64,000 nt of DNA from Minisyncoccota bacterium (GTDB lineage Bacteria > Patescibacteriota > Minisyncoccia > Phycocordibacterales > CAIZLB01). The first letter of the stretch is position 1; the number at the start of each line of letters is the position of its first letter. A model generated the notes under the pieces. The model was given only the letters and a program-made list of their open reading frames with translations, was not told where the DNA came from and did no database searches. This document shows, piece by piece, positions 1 to 10,391 of the stretch. The translations under genes were made by a program, and so were the position numbers. The stretch is from positions 92,895 to 156,894 of the forward strand of contig JAIPIA010000003.1 in the NCBI GenBank assembly GCA_021734945.1, in the 5' to 3' direction.

Positions 1-2185
1 TAGCTTTGTCGATAACCGTATCTAATATGTATTGAACTTCATCTGGCTCACCGATCAAAATCTTTCGTCTTCGATCGTACACTTTGAGTCTTTGTTGATT
101 GAGGACATCGTCATATTCCAAAACATGCTTTCTTGAATCAAAATGGAAACCTTCAATCTTTCTTTGAGCTGATTCAAGTGAACGACTAATAATACCGTGT
201 TGAATTGGCTCATCCTCAGGCATATTGAGACGACCCATCATTTTCTTAATTGTGTCATTAGCAAAAATTCGCATCAAATCATCTTCTAATGAAACGAAAA
301 ACTGCGTCTCACCAGGATCCCCTTGTCGTCCTGATCGTCCTCGAAGCTGATTGTCGATACGTCGCGCTTCATGTCGTTCTGTACCAAGTACAAAAAGACC
401 ACCCAAAGATTTTATTTCTTCATATCGTTTTTGGAGTTCTTCTGCAGATACGTCAGCTCGTGGCGCACCGCCAAGTTTGATATCTACCCCTCGTCCTGCC
501 ATGTTAGTCGCAATAGTTACTGCCCCCTTTTTACCAGCTTCAGCCACTGTCTCTCCTTCTTTTTCTGCGAACTCAGGCTTTGCGTTGAGTAATGCATGGG
601 GTACACCTTCTCTTCTCAAGAAATCTGAAAGCAATTGGTTTTTTTCAATAGAAACAGTACCCACAAGTACAGGCTGACCTTTTTGGTGAAGCTCCTTTAT
701 TTTTCGAGCGATTGCCTTGAACTTACCTTGTTCTGATTGAAAAATTAAATCTTGTTTATCCAATCGAGAAATCGGTCTATGTGTTGGTACCTCTACCACA
801 TCAAGTCCATACACTTTTAAAAATTCCTCTGAACTTGTCATACCTGTTCCTGTCATACCAGCAAGCTTTGGATACATTCGGAAATAGTTCTGAAATGTAA
901 TCGATGCATATGTACGACTTTCTTTTTGAATTGTTACACCTTCTTTTGCTTCGATTGCCTGATGGAGACCCTCTGACCACCGACGTCCAGGCTGGAGACG
1001 TCCAGTAGATGGATCGACGATAAGTACTTCCCCATTTTTAACAAGATACTCTACCTCTCTCTTATACAAAGCTTTAGCTCGGATTGCAGTTTCAAGGTGA
1101 TGAACGTATTTGATTCCACCTTCTGTATATATGTTTTCTACACCAAGTCGCTTTTCAGCTTCATCAATACCCTTTTCAGTCATCGCAATAGTCTTGAACT
1201 TTTCATCAACAGTATAGTGTTCATCTTTTTCCAAAGTATTTGCGATCTCTGCAAATGTTACATACAGATTTTCTGAATCTGTAGTTGGCGCAGAGATAAT
1301 AAGCGGAGTACGTGCTTCATCAATAAGAATAGAGTCTACTTCATCAACAATAGCGAAATTGAAGTCTAACTGACGAAGATCATTAACAGAATGTTCAATA
1401 TTGTCACGAAGATAATCAAATCCAAACTGGTTGTTGGTACCATATGTAATGTCTGCATGATACGCTTCTCTCTTTGTAGATGGCTTCAAGAATTCGTAAC
1501 CCACTTTAAAAGAACCTTCCTCAGCTTCTTCTTTTTGTGCTTTCAAAGCTTCATCAGTAATGTCAGCAGTATTTGTATTTCCATCTTTTTTATCACTTGG
1601 CGCAATGTGTTCAATATCAAATAAAAATGTAGCACCGTCATTGATAACACCAGTACTTAGACCGAGTGATTGGTAAATTTGTCCCATCCACGATGCATCT
1701 CGTCGAGCAAGATAATCATTTACAGTAATAACATGAACACCTTTTCCTGAAAGTGCATTGAGATACGCAGCAAGAGTTGCCATAAGAGTTTTCCCTTCTC
1801 CTGTCTTCATCTCTGCAATATTTCCATCGTGCAAAATCATTCCACCGATAAGCTGAACATCATAATGTCTCTGACCTAGAGTTCTGTGAGACACTTCTCG
1901 CACCACCGCAAACGCCTCCGGAAGTATCTCTCTGAGTACAATATTTAAAATCGCTTGCTCTTCAGCCTTTACACGCTTTTTATCAGAAATAGTACCATCG
2001 TGAGCTTTCACGATAGAAAGCCGATCTTGGATAATCTTTCGAAATTCTGTTGTTTTACCCTTGAGCTCAACATCAGAAAGAGCCTTGATTTTAGGCTCAA
2101 GTGTGTTGATCTGTTCTACTACCTTTCTGTACTTCTTTACCACTCGGCTAGAGCGGTCGCCAAACATCTTTTTAAGTATTTCCAT
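1..2185 (-). CDS. secA: Preprotein translocase ATPase SecA; only the N-terminal ~728 aa lie in the window, and the gene continues past the window start
   Basis: The reverse-strand translation from the ATG at 2185..2183 reads [19 protein letters not shown]...[35 protein letters not shown], the SecA N-terminus with its Walker A motif. The frame stays open to position 1. The ORF track does not list it because it runs off the window. Confidence 0.9.
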   Translation of the reverse strand, partial: MEILKKMFGDRSSRVVKKYRKVVEQINTLEPKIKALSDVELKGKTTEFRKIIQDRLSIVKAHDGTISDKKRVKAEEQAILNIVLREILPEAFAVVREVSHRTLGQRHYDVQLIGGMILHDGNIAEMKTGEGKTLMATLAAYLNALSGKGVHVITVNDYLARRDASWMGQIYQSLGLSTGVINDGATFLFDIEHIAPSDKKDGNTNTADITDEALKAQKEEAEEGSFKVGYEFLKPSTKREAYHADITYGTNNQFGFDYLRDNIEHSVNDLRQLDFNFAIVDEVDSILIDEARTPLIISAPTTDSENLYVTFAEIANTLEKDEHYTVDEKFKTIAMTEKGIDEAEKRLGVENIYTEGGIKYVHHLETAIRAKALYKREVEYLVKNGEVLIVDPSTGRLQPGRRWSEGLHQAIEAKEGVTIQKESRTYASITFQNYFRMYPKLAGMTGTGMTSSEEFLKVYGLDVVEVPTHRPISRLDKQDLIFQSEQGKFKAIARKIKELHQKGQPVLVGTVSIEKNQLLSDFLRREGVPHALLNAKPEFAEKEGETVAEAGKKGAVTIATNMAGRGVDIKLGGAPRADVSAEELQKRYEEIKSLGGLFVLGTERHEARRIDNQLRGRSGRQGDPGETQFFVSLEDDLMRIFANDTIKKMMGRLNMPEDEPIQHGIISRSLESAQRKIEGFHFDSRKHVLEYDDVLNQQRLKVYDRRRKILIGEPDEVQYILDTVIDKA

Positions 2186-2389
2186 AGTGAAGGCTATTTT
2201 ACCATATTTTAAGGTTTTTTATAGACTTTATGGATGAGTCAAGAATAACACCACACCACAAAGAACGAAGCAAGTTTAGGGGGTATTAAATGAATTTCAA
2301 CATTAATTAATCAAATACTTTTCTTAGATTAAATAAAATTAAATAAAAATATATTTATTATAAAAAAGTTTCAAAGTTAAATACAAAAC

Positions 2390-2420
2390 AAAACACTCCG
2401 GTTTTTACGCGGAGTGTTTT
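2390..2420. terminator. Hairpin aaaacactccg / cggagtgtttt with a 9-nt loop; intrinsic terminator following the small minus-strand peptide gene
   Basis: Perfect 11-bp inverted repeat read from the sequence. A T-rich tract follows on the minus strand. Confidence 0.5.
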
Positions 2421-2439
2421 GTTAAGTGAGAAAATAAAA

Positions 2440-2535
2440 TTATTTTCGCTTCTTTGTAGCCTTCTTTGCTTTCTTCTTTGCTACTTTCTTTACTGCCTTC
2501 TTTACTGCCTTCTTTGCTGCTTTTTTTGCTGCCAT
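2440..2535 (-). CDS. 31-aa Lys/Ala-rich basic peptide (MAAKKAAKKAVKKAVKKVAKKKAKKATKKRK), resembling a histone-H1/Hc1-like tail; speculative small gene
   Basis: ATG at 2535..2533 and TAA at 2442..2440. The codons form a periodic AAG/GCA repeat. Terminator hairpins flank it. It is below the ORF-track length cutoff. Confidence 0.3.
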   Translation of the reverse strand: MAAKKAAKKAVKKAVKKVAKKKAKKATKKRK

Positions 2536-2816
2536 AAAATTTATTTGAAGTAAGGAACTATTATTGGTAAGTGATAGTGATGATGACCGTTCATCTCTAT
2601 GCATGTACTAATTATCTTTCACATTTCAATTACTAGCAATATTTTTTTTAAAAAACTTGTGGATAACTTTTTTATTTTTAAATTATTTTATTTTCATTTT
2701 TAAATTATTAAAATATTTTTGCTGAGTTTTTTATTTTAAGTTAATTTAATAAGTTTTTAAATATGCCAACAGACCTTCCTATATTTTTATATAATATTTT
2801 ATAACACTCTACAACA

Positions 2817-2851
2817 AAAGAACCACTAACTTTTTTGCTAGTGGTTCTTTT
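2817..2851. terminator. Hairpin aaaagaaccacta / tagtggttctttt downstream of the 802-aa minus-strand gene
   Basis: 13-bp inverted repeat with a 10-nt loop. It lies 43 nt past the stop codon at 2894. Confidence 0.5.
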
Positions 2852-2893
2852 GTTTAAACTAAGTTTGCTTCCTTCTGACTCTCAGTTCGAAAT

Positions 2894-5302
2894 CTATTTT
2901 ACTGTTGGTTGTGATGGGTCTCTACCTGCGAGAATCTCATTGATGTAAAACTCTCCCGTTGCTTTGAAGTCTGGCGATAGCTCAATCACTTTTTTGATTT
3001 GAGCAATAGCTTCAGTTCTTTTATTCATCTTGAGATATAGTCCTGCGAGAGACATATACGTCTGAGGATTATTTGGATCACTAGCAATCTTTATTTGAGC
3101 AATTGATATTATTTCACTATACTGCTTCTTCTGAAGAAAGGCATCGATAATTCTCTCATCAGTTACAAGATCAACTTCCCCGTTGAGAATTTGTTTTGCA
3201 TCTGCGATTCTATCTGCATAAATGAGTGATAGAGCATAAAGAACTCTAGATTCCTTACTTGTAGTTTCCAAGTCATACGCAGTTTTGAATGTTTCAACTG
3301 CTTTTGGAAATTGACCTAAAGAAACTTCGATAATCCCTTTTTGAAACAAAAATGATTGTTTTGTAGGAGAAAGAGCAATCGCTTTATCAATATATACTTC
3401 AGCCTCTTTAAACAATCCAAATTTTTGTAAGTACAAACTTAAGAATACTAAAGGACGTGGATCATTTGGTGTTTCTTTTATTGCATTCTGATACTCAGTT
3501 GCAACTAATGTTGTGTAGGCTGTTATAAGCTCAGCATCTTTACTACCATTGAGAATAGTTGGGGTAATCTCTGCAAGACGCTCACGAATCTCTGTGTTTG
3601 CAAATGTATTGTAATCGAGAGCTTGTTGGAATAGTGCAAGAACATTTTTAGGAGACGCTGCCTGTTCGCCTAGTACTTTTGCAGCTTCAGGTTGTGATAA
3701 CTGTAGTGCCTTAATCAAAGTAGTACCTGCCATGTATGGTTTATATACAGCAGCATTCACTGAATAGCCGAAAGTGACGATAGCGACAGCAACAATCGCT
3801 ATTCGTGCTGTTGAACTATCTAATACTGATATACCCTTAGAAGAATGTTTATCCTCTGACTTAGATGAAATCTTACTTACCAAAGACCCTTGCTGGTTCA
3901 CATACGCCAACAATATAAAGAAGAGTATGTAACTTGAGAGGTTATCAAAGATAAATATATTGTGAACAAAATATGCAGTTAGTAATCCTGTAATTACTGA
4001 TTTCTCAAGAATGTCATACAGCACATTTTCTTTATTTAATTGTACCTTCTTCCAAAGGACGTAAAGTAATGCAAAGAAAAGTCCAAGATAACTAAGTAGA
4101 CCAAGAATTCCTCCGGCAATAAGCCAATCAAAGAATACATTGTGAGTACGATCGAACCATTGCTCCTGTGCATACATCTTTGGATCATAGTGCTTTGCAA
4201 AAACGTATGGGAAATTGTCTTGACCCCAACCGAGTATAGGTTTCTCTTCTACCCCTTTCCATGCCATACCCCAGAGCAAAGTTCGTGCCTTACCTTGAGT
4301 TTCAAAAACATTCTTAACATCAAATGTGATGAGTGAACTAAACCGATTCAATAAGTCAGAACTTTTAACAAAATTAGAATCTTTATTCATTCCGAGAAAA
4401 CCTACAGCAACAACAACTACAACGAGAGAAACGATACTGAATTTCTTTATTACATTTTTTGTAGAATGAGAAACTGTTTCTTTAATTTTTCCTTTGCCAA
4501 AAAGGACCATCACAAGTGGTATAAGAGCCATTATAAAGAATCCAGCCACGAGACCAACAAATGATCCTCGTGTACCTGTGTTATATAGAACAATTATATT
4601 GAAGAGAGCAGCAAGAGTATACGCAATATGTGATACTGGCGCTTCTTTAAATTTCCTTGCACTCTTAAGTGTGACAAATAAAAGACCTGCAATAAATATG
4701 TGTATGAGAGAATACACACCTAGATAACTTGAATTTCCTAGAGGACCTGCAATACGAATTGTACTTCCTAATGTGCCAAACAACGACTCAAAGAAATATT
4801 TTATACCTTTGACTGCTTCCACCAAAAAGGCACTGTCACGCGATGTGTCGTATTCGGCAAAGGCTCGAAGACCTAAAACAATACTAACAGCAAGACTTGT
4901 ATTAAACAGAGCATACCACGCCTTTTTTGTACGCAATACTGAAGTAACAACGACAAAATAAAAGAAGAGATGCAAAATTGTTATATACCCTTCCATACGC
5001 TCGAAGTTACTCCAGAAAGATTTTGATACATCTACAGACGTAAGAGTTGCAATACCTAGGACTGCAGTAAAAGTAAATACTGCAGTAAGAATAGTACCTC
5101 TTTTAGGTATAAATGATCGGTCAAAAGCAGCAAGTACTATATATAGTATAGTCGCGATTTCGACGAAGAGCCTAAAGATAAATGCTTTTCCAGTAATATA
5201 AGGGAAAAACAGAGAAGTGCTCACTATAAGCGGTACAAACAACGTGCCATATATGAGCGCTATTATTGTGTATAAGAGAATGTTTTGGGTATTTCGGTTC
5301 AT
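2894..5302 (-). CDS. Polytopic membrane protein of the O-antigen ligase/polymerase (Wzy_C-like) family with a C-terminal tetratricopeptide-repeat domain
   Basis: The N-terminal ~480 aa contain at least 10 hydrophobic helices and the ligase signature ...FDRTHNVFFDWLIAGGILG... (H-N-x-x-F-x-x-x-x-x-G-G). The C-terminal ~300 aa show repeated TPR-like A/L/Y periodicity. Confidence 0.7.
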   Translation of the reverse strand: MNRNTQNILLYTIIALIYGTLFVPLIVSTSLFFPYITGKAFIFRLFVEIATILYIVLAAFDRSFIPKRGTILTAVFTFTAVLGIATLTSVDVSKSFWSNFERMEGYITILHLFFYFVVVTSVLRTKKAWYALFNTSLAVSIVLGLRAFAEYDTSRDSAFLVEAVKGIKYFFESLFGTLGSTIRIAGPLGNSSYLGVYSLIHIFIAGLLFVTLKSARKFKEAPVSHIAYTLAALFNIIVLYNTGTRGSFVGLVAGFFIMALIPLVMVLFGKGKIKETVSHSTKNVIKKFSIVSLVVVVVAVGFLGMNKDSNFVKSSDLLNRFSSLITFDVKNVFETQGKARTLLWGMAWKGVEEKPILGWGQDNFPYVFAKHYDPKMYAQEQWFDRTHNVFFDWLIAGGILGLLSYLGLFFALLYVLWKKVQLNKENVLYDILEKSVITGLLTAYFVHNIFIFDNLSSYILFFILLAYVNQQGSLVSKISSKSEDKHSSKGISVLDSSTARIAIVAVAIVTFGYSVNAAVYKPYMAGTTLIKALQLSQPEAAKVLGEQAASPKNVLALFQQALDYNTFANTEIRERLAEITPTILNGSKDAELITAYTTLVATEYQNAIKETPNDPRPLVFLSLYLQKFGLFKEAEVYIDKAIALSPTKQSFLFQKGIIEVSLGQFPKAVETFKTAYDLETTSKESRVLYALSLIYADRIADAKQILNGEVDLVTDERIIDAFLQKKQYSEIISIAQIKIASDPNNPQTYMSLAGLYLKMNKRTEAIAQIKKVIELSPDFKATGEFYINEILAGRDPSQPTVK

Positions 5303-5408
5303 AATGCAATTAAATGGCTATAAATATACAATTGACTAGTAAATATGACTGGAAGTATACCACACCCAAGAATGAGTAAAAGCTGATATAATAGGAAAAA
5401 ATACATTT

Positions 5409-6713
5409 ATGAGCATCTCAAGCAGTCTCCTCTCGCTAAAAAACAAATACCTCAGAGCAATGGAGGGGCCGGGTTTTATTAAATATCTTAAAAATAGTGG
5501 ATGGATGTTTGTAGCTCGAGTCGTATCTTTGGTGATTTCATTTTTTGTCACTACATACATCGCTCGCTACCTTGGACCATACAATTACGGGCAATTAAGT
5601 TATGCTATTAGTTTTGTTGCACTTTTCTCTTTTATTTCGACATTAGGAATCGATTCTGTTCTATATAGAGAAATATTAAGATATAGTGAAAAAAAGGACA
5701 TATACATTGGGTCAGCCCTCGTATTGAAACTTTTAGCAGGACTCCTCGCTTCCCTACTCTCTATCATCACAGCTTACCTGACAGGGACACACGATGTTGC
5801 ACTACTTCTTATCGCCATCATATCGTTCACATTTATATTCAATTCTTTTAATATAATTGTCTTTGAATTTCAAGCGGCAGTAGAGTCAAAGATTCCTTCA
5901 ATAATCGCTGTCGTAGTTACACTCATTTTAAGTTTTGCAAAAGTTGCAGTTGTTGTATTCGATAAAGGCATTATTTATTTATCCCTTGTATTGCTCCTCG
6001 AATCCATTCTCTATGCAGGACTATACATAGTATTTCGTATTAAAAAATACGGTTCAATTTCAAATTGGAGTTTTGATAAAAATATAGCTGTATCTATCAT
6101 GAAAGACTCATGGCCAATGATGTTTGGTAGCGCGTTTGCTTTAGTCTATGCTCGAATTGATCAGGTATTCATCAAGTCTCTCGTCGACGTACAATCAGTA
6201 GGTATATACGATGCCGCTGTCAGACTTTCAGAGGTGTGGTACTTTTTACCTAACATCCTCTTGGCTTCACTCTTCCCTGCAATCATGAACGCACGAGGAA
6301 CAAATCTGTCTACATATTATAAGAGGATGAAATATGTACTATTATTGATGATTATCCTTTCATTTAGCATTGCAATACCCACTACATTCTTTGCTAAAGA
6401 AATAGTACATATTGTCTTTGGCCCAGCTTTCATCGGAAGCTATATCATCCTACAGATATATATTTGGAGTTTGGCTGGTACGTACATAAACCATGCGATA
6501 TCTTACTTTTTGATCGCTGAGAATTACAGAAAAATGATTTTTACATCATCACTTGTTGGCATGATTTTAAATGTCATTTTAAATATACTCTTGATTCCAA
6601 GATACGGCATTTCAGGAGCAGCCATCGCAACCCTCATATCATACACAATGGGGCCATTATCTTTGATATGCTACAGAGAATTTAGATACAAACTTAGATT
6701 AATACTGGCGTAA
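5409..6713 (+). CDS. Oligosaccharide flippase of the Wzx/MOP (polysaccharide biosynthesis protein) family
   Basis: 434 aa with about 12-14 TM helices. Its length, topology and position inside a glycosyltransferase cluster fit this family. Confidence 0.7.
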   Translation: MSISSSLLSLKNKYLRAMEGPGFIKYLKNSGWMFVARVVSLVISFFVTTYIARYLGPYNYGQLSYAISFVALFSFISTLGIDSVLYREILRYSEKKDIYIGSALVLKLLAGLLASLLSIITAYLTGTHDVALLLIAIISFTFIFNSFNIIVFEFQAAVESKIPSIIAVVVTLILSFAKVAVVVFDKGIIYLSLVLLLESILYAGLYIVFRIKKYGSISNWSFDKNIAVSIMKDSWPMMFGSAFALVYARIDQVFIKSLVDVQSVGIYDAAVRLSEVWYFLPNILLASLFPAIMNARGTNLSTYYKRMKYVLLLMIILSFSIAIPTTFFAKEIVHIVFGPAFIGSYIILQIYIWSLAGTYINHAISYFLIAENYRKMIFTSSLVGMILNVILNILLIPRYGISGAAIATLISYTMGPLSLICYREFRYKLRLILA

Positions 6714-6751
6714 ATAATAAAACCAGTAAAGACAAGAAACTCAAACAAACA

Positions 6752-7630
6752 ATGAATCTATTCAAATTAAAAACAAAAATAAGAAGGTCGCTCAATCAAA
6801 AACTCAAGTTTGAACACCCTTCATCTGCTCCATTCTTAAGTGGAGATACATTTCGATCAATTTGTAATCATGCATATGATGAGTTTTCTGATATTGATCC
6901 ACACCAGGTACAACAAAGTGATATCGTTTTTGTTAAGAATAATTTTCTGAAAGATTTTTTTGTGGAAATTCATCCGGAGATTAAAAATCAGTATATACTA
7001 CTCAGCCACAACGACGATACAACCATAGATGAGTCTTTTCTTCCTTTCGTTGATGAGAAAATAATTCACTGGTTTGGTGTAAATATAAATGTAGAGCACC
7101 CAAAGATGACACCCTTACCTATCGGCCTTGAAAATATGAGCTACAGAAGAAATGGCTTATTAAAATATTTTGACAAAAAGGAGATGTCCAATAAAAAATC
7201 ACAAGAAAAATATATAATTTCTGCTATTAATATTGAAAAACATACTAATAAAGAACGTATTTTTGCAGTAGAACAGGCGAAGAAAAATTCATTGGTTACG
7301 ACGATCCTTGCAATGAGTAATCACCAAGAATACATCGATACTATTCAACAATATAAATTCATTATTTCACCACGAGGTGAAGGAATTGATTGCCATAGGA
7401 CATGGGAAGCACTTTATCTTGGCCTCTTTCCTATAGTCACTGAATGTCCAAATACTAATTCCTTTGTCCGGGCAGGAATCCCCCTATTTCCACTTAAAAG
7501 TTGGGAAAACATTGGTTCAGTAAACCAAACTGAATTGGTAGATTTTTATAATAAGAATATGGACAAGTTAAACCACCCCGCTGCATTTATTGACTATTGG
7601 ATAGACTTAATCCATAAAAAGAGAGTCTAG
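6752..7630 (+). CDS. Glycosyltransferase, exostosin-like (GT47-like) C-terminal motif
   Basis: The motif FIISPRGEGIDCHRTWEALYLGLFPIV matches the exostosin consensus FCLxPxG...SxRxxEALxxGCIPV. It sits in the glycan cluster. Confidence 0.45.
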   Translation: MNLFKLKTKIRRSLNQKLKFEHPSSAPFLSGDTFRSICNHAYDEFSDIDPHQVQQSDIVFVKNNFLKDFFVEIHPEIKNQYILLSHNDDTTIDESFLPFVDEKIIHWFGVNINVEHPKMTPLPIGLENMSYRRNGLLKYFDKKEMSNKKSQEKYIISAINIEKHTNKERIFAVEQAKKNSLVTTILAMSNHQEYIDTIQQYKFIISPRGEGIDCHRTWEALYLGLFPIVTECPNTNSFVRAGIPLFPLKSWENIGSVNQTELVDFYNKNMDKLNHPAAFIDYWIDLIHKKRV

Positions 7631-7683
7631 GACCTCTAATTCTTGCTCGGAAAACCACTAGACCAGTATGCTACAATAATGTC

Positions 7684-8406
7684 ATGAAAATTAGTCTTAT
7701 TGCCTCACTTTATAAAACAGATAAGCAGATTAAAAGTTGGTGTAAGTGGCTCACAAAGTTTACAAATAAACTTAGTCAAGCAGGTGTTGATTTTGAAGTT
7801 ATCATTATTGCAAATGAGCCAAATACATACGAACAATCTGTTTTAAATACTGTAAAAGATTTTTCTTGGGTTAGATATTATGAAGTGCCTCGAGAAACAA
7901 TATATGCATCTTGGAACAGGGGTATCCGATGTTCAACTGGTGAAGTATATGGGTTCATAAATGTTGATGATGTTCGTTTTGTTACTGGTATTGTGGATGG
8001 TATACAGAGAATTCAAAAAGGTGCTGACTTTGTGTACTTCCCTTTTATTTACAAAAGATATATTAGAATTTTTAACTTTCTAATACTTGTAAAGAGAAAA
8101 ATGTTTACACCTGAGACACCAGAAGTTGCAGTAAAGATTAAGGGAATGCCTTATGGTCCATTCTGGCTTGTTTCTAGTAAGTTCATAGACAAAGTAGGTT
8201 CTTTTGATGAAAGTTTTAAAGTTGCAGGTGACTACGAATGGAGCATGAGGACAAAAACAAAAGGAATCTATGAACTATCGGATGTTGTATCTGGTATCTT
8301 TACGAGCGATGGCAAGACGTTAAGTGGCAGCAAAAGCCCAATTCACGCTCAGGAAAATGAAAGAATTGGTAATATGTATAGTGAAGCAGAACCGACCAAA
8401 GCTTAG
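7684..8406 (+). CDS. Family 2 glycosyltransferase
   Basis: The N-terminus SLIASLYK...FEVIIIANEP and YASWNRGIRCSTGEVYGFINVDD match the GT2 NxG...DxD-type architecture. Confidence 0.6.
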   Translation: MKISLIASLYKTDKQIKSWCKWLTKFTNKLSQAGVDFEVIIIANEPNTYEQSVLNTVKDFSWVRYYEVPRETIYASWNRGIRCSTGEVYGFINVDDVRFVTGIVDGIQRIQKGADFVYFPFIYKRYIRIFNFLILVKRKMFTPETPEVAVKIKGMPYGPFWLVSSKFIDKVGSFDESFKVAGDYEWSMRTKTKGIYELSDVVSGIFTSDGKTLSGSKSPIHAQENERIGNMYSEAEPTKA

Positions 8407-8433
8407 ACTTAAAAAATATTCAAAGATTAGATT

Positions 8434-9192
8434 ATGAAAATAGTTGCATTGTTGCCGGTTAAAAATGAAGGATGGGTCTTGGATACTTACCTATCATCAC
8501 TAAACTCATTTTGTGATTTAATTGTCGCGCTTGATGATGGATCAACAGACAACACACTTGAAATACTGAATAAACACAATGTTGTTACAGTAAAAAATGA
8601 CTACAAAGGAGATAACTGGGCAGAACACTCAATGCGCCAGAAGCTTTTAGAGATTGGTCGTGAGAATGGTGGTACACACTTTGTTTGCCTTGATGGTGAC
8701 GAGGCATTTTCTTCTGGCTTTAGAGGAGAAGAGGCCCGCTCAACGATACTGAATTTAAAAAAAGGTGAAACACTCGCTTTTAGATGGGTTACTTTATGGA
8801 AATCGATCAATACAGAGAGAATCGATGAACCTTGGGATAATTTATATAAAGACTTTGTATTCTGTGACGACGAAAAACTTGAATATAAATATAAATTTAT
8901 GCACGTTAGTAGGACTCCTGAATATTCAGACAATACTCCTAAAAAAGTAATAAAAGTTGAGGATAAAAATAGTGTTGTTTTACACTTCAAGTTTTATAAT
9001 TATTCGAGAACACTCTACAACCTAGCGTGGTATAGGTGCTCAGAACTTATACATAATATTAGGCCCGCCAAAAAGATTAACCTTATGTATGGCATTACAC
9101 TCGACTCTCGTAATGTCAAAAAGCGAGTATTAGATAATTCCCTCTTCAAAGACTTACCTATTCCTAGTTTGACTTCTACTGAAGATAGCTAG
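8434..9192 (+). CDS. GT2-like glycosyltransferase, apparently cut short by an in-frame TAG (see the feature at 9193..9411)
   Basis: LLPVKNEGWVLDTYL...IVALDDGSTDNT and the DXD-like LDGDEAF. At 252 aa it is short for this family. Confidence 0.55.
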   Translation: MKIVALLPVKNEGWVLDTYLSSLNSFCDLIVALDDGSTDNTLEILNKHNVVTVKNDYKGDNWAEHSMRQKLLEIGRENGGTHFVCLDGDEAFSSGFRGEEARSTILNLKKGETLAFRWVTLWKSINTERIDEPWDNLYKDFVFCDDEKLEYKYKFMHVSRTPEYSDNTPKKVIKVEDKNSVVLHFKFYNYSRTLYNLAWYRCSELIHNIRPAKKINLMYGITLDSRNVKKRVLDNSLFKDLPIPSLTSTEDS

Positions 9193-9411
9193 TTTCGTAA
9201 GCAAGTTCTGGTTTGGTTTGAAAAGTTTGGTATTGAAAAATTCGAACCCCTCGAGATTTGGCAAATTGAAGAACTAAAGAATATTTTTATCAAAAAAGTC
9301 GGACGAAATCCCGTACCCCAAACATATCCAAAATTGATTATTGAAGTAAATAAATTACGGAATAAGATATTAAACTCATCATTATCCAAAAAACTTAAAT
9401 TAAGAAAATAG
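9193..9411 (+). other. In-frame, protein-like 72-codon continuation after the TAG at 9190..9192. The sequence is FRKQVLVWFEKFGIEKFEPLEIWQIEELKNIFIKKVGRNPVPQTYPKLIIEVNKLRNK... and ends at the TAG at 9409..9411
   Basis: Codon-by-codon reading of the sequence. An unusual 224-nt non-coding gap would otherwise sit inside a tightly packed operon. Confidence 0.5.
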
Positions 9412-9416
9412 TAGAC

Positions 9417-10391
9417 ATGCTTAATATATATACTCATACAAAAAAAATATTTTCGAAAGAGTATTTAAAATATACTTTAGCTAAATTTACAGGTAGAAAT
9501 CGCGGGCCCTTAGCGGTTGCAAACAGTCTAGTGCGTGGTTTAAAAGAATTAAACGTTGAATACAGAATTAATCCAAGATATTCGACTTTAAAAGCAACCG
9601 ATGTGGTTCATGTTATTTCAGGAATACAAGCAGCAAAAGATTTAATTGCACTTAGAAAAAAAGGGCGAATAAAAAGACTGACAGCTGGTCCAAATCTTAC
9701 ACTTGCACCACACGAAGAAAATTCACTTTATATGAGCCCAGAGATAGAGAAGATATTGTTTCCTTCAGAATGGCCCAAAAATTATTTTGTTGAATTTGAT
9801 AAAATTTTTAATGAAAAGATCGATATTTGGCCAGCTGGAGTAAAAGACCCAGGCACACCCAAAAAACCAGTCAAAAGCCGTGACTTCACCTGTCTGCTCT
9901 ATATCAAAAATTCCCCTATTGAACTTATCAAAAAAATTCAAGACGTACTATTAGATAAAAAGATTCCTACCACCATACTCGAGTACGGTAAATTTAATCA
10001 AAAGGAATTTTTCAGTGCATTAGAGAAAGTTGCTTTCATGATTTATGTATCACCAACTGAAAGCCAAGGACTTGCCCTGCATGAAGCTTGGATGCGGGAT
10101 ATTCCAACACTTGTCTGGAATAGAGGTTATTGGGAATATAAGGGACATACGGTTTATTTTGATAAAATTAGTGCCCCTTATTTAACTCCAGCGTGTGGTA
10201 TATTCTTTAAAAATAGTCATGAATTTAGGGATATGTTAGAATACTTTCATAAAATTAGAGACCATTTTGAACCACGAGCATACAACTTGTCAAAGTTCAC
10301 CGATGCATTAACAGCAAGTATTTTTTTAAAAAAAATAGAGAAAACTCATGAAAAGATTACTACGGAAGATAATCCGCCTACCGGCAATTAA
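9417..10391 (+). CDS. Glycosyltransferase with a GT4 (group 1)-like C-terminal domain
   Basis: YVSPTESQGLALHEAWMRDIPTLVW resembles the GT4 E-x7-E / S-x-x-E-G-F-G donor-binding motif. Confidence 0.5.
   Translation: MLNIYTHTKKIFSKEYLKYTLAKFTGRNRGPLAVANSLVRGLKELNVEYRINPRYSTLKATDVVHVISGIQAAKDLIALRKKGRIKRLTAGPNLTLAPHEENSLYMSPEIEKILFPSEWPKNYFVEFDKIFNEKIDIWPAGVKDPGTPKKPVKSRDFTCLLYIKNSPIELIKKIQDVLLDKKIPTTILEYGKFNQKEFFSALEKVAFMIYVSPTESQGLALHEAWMRDIPTLVWNRGYWEYKGHTVYFDKISAPYLTPACGIFFKNSHEFRDMLEYFHKIRDHFEPRAYNLSKFTDALTASIFLKKIEKTHEKITTEDNPPTGN

Noticed and set aside
289-2212. Several 60-110-aa plus-strand ORFs at the start of the window
   Set aside because: They are antisense or out of frame relative to the unambiguous SecA coding sequence on the minus strand.
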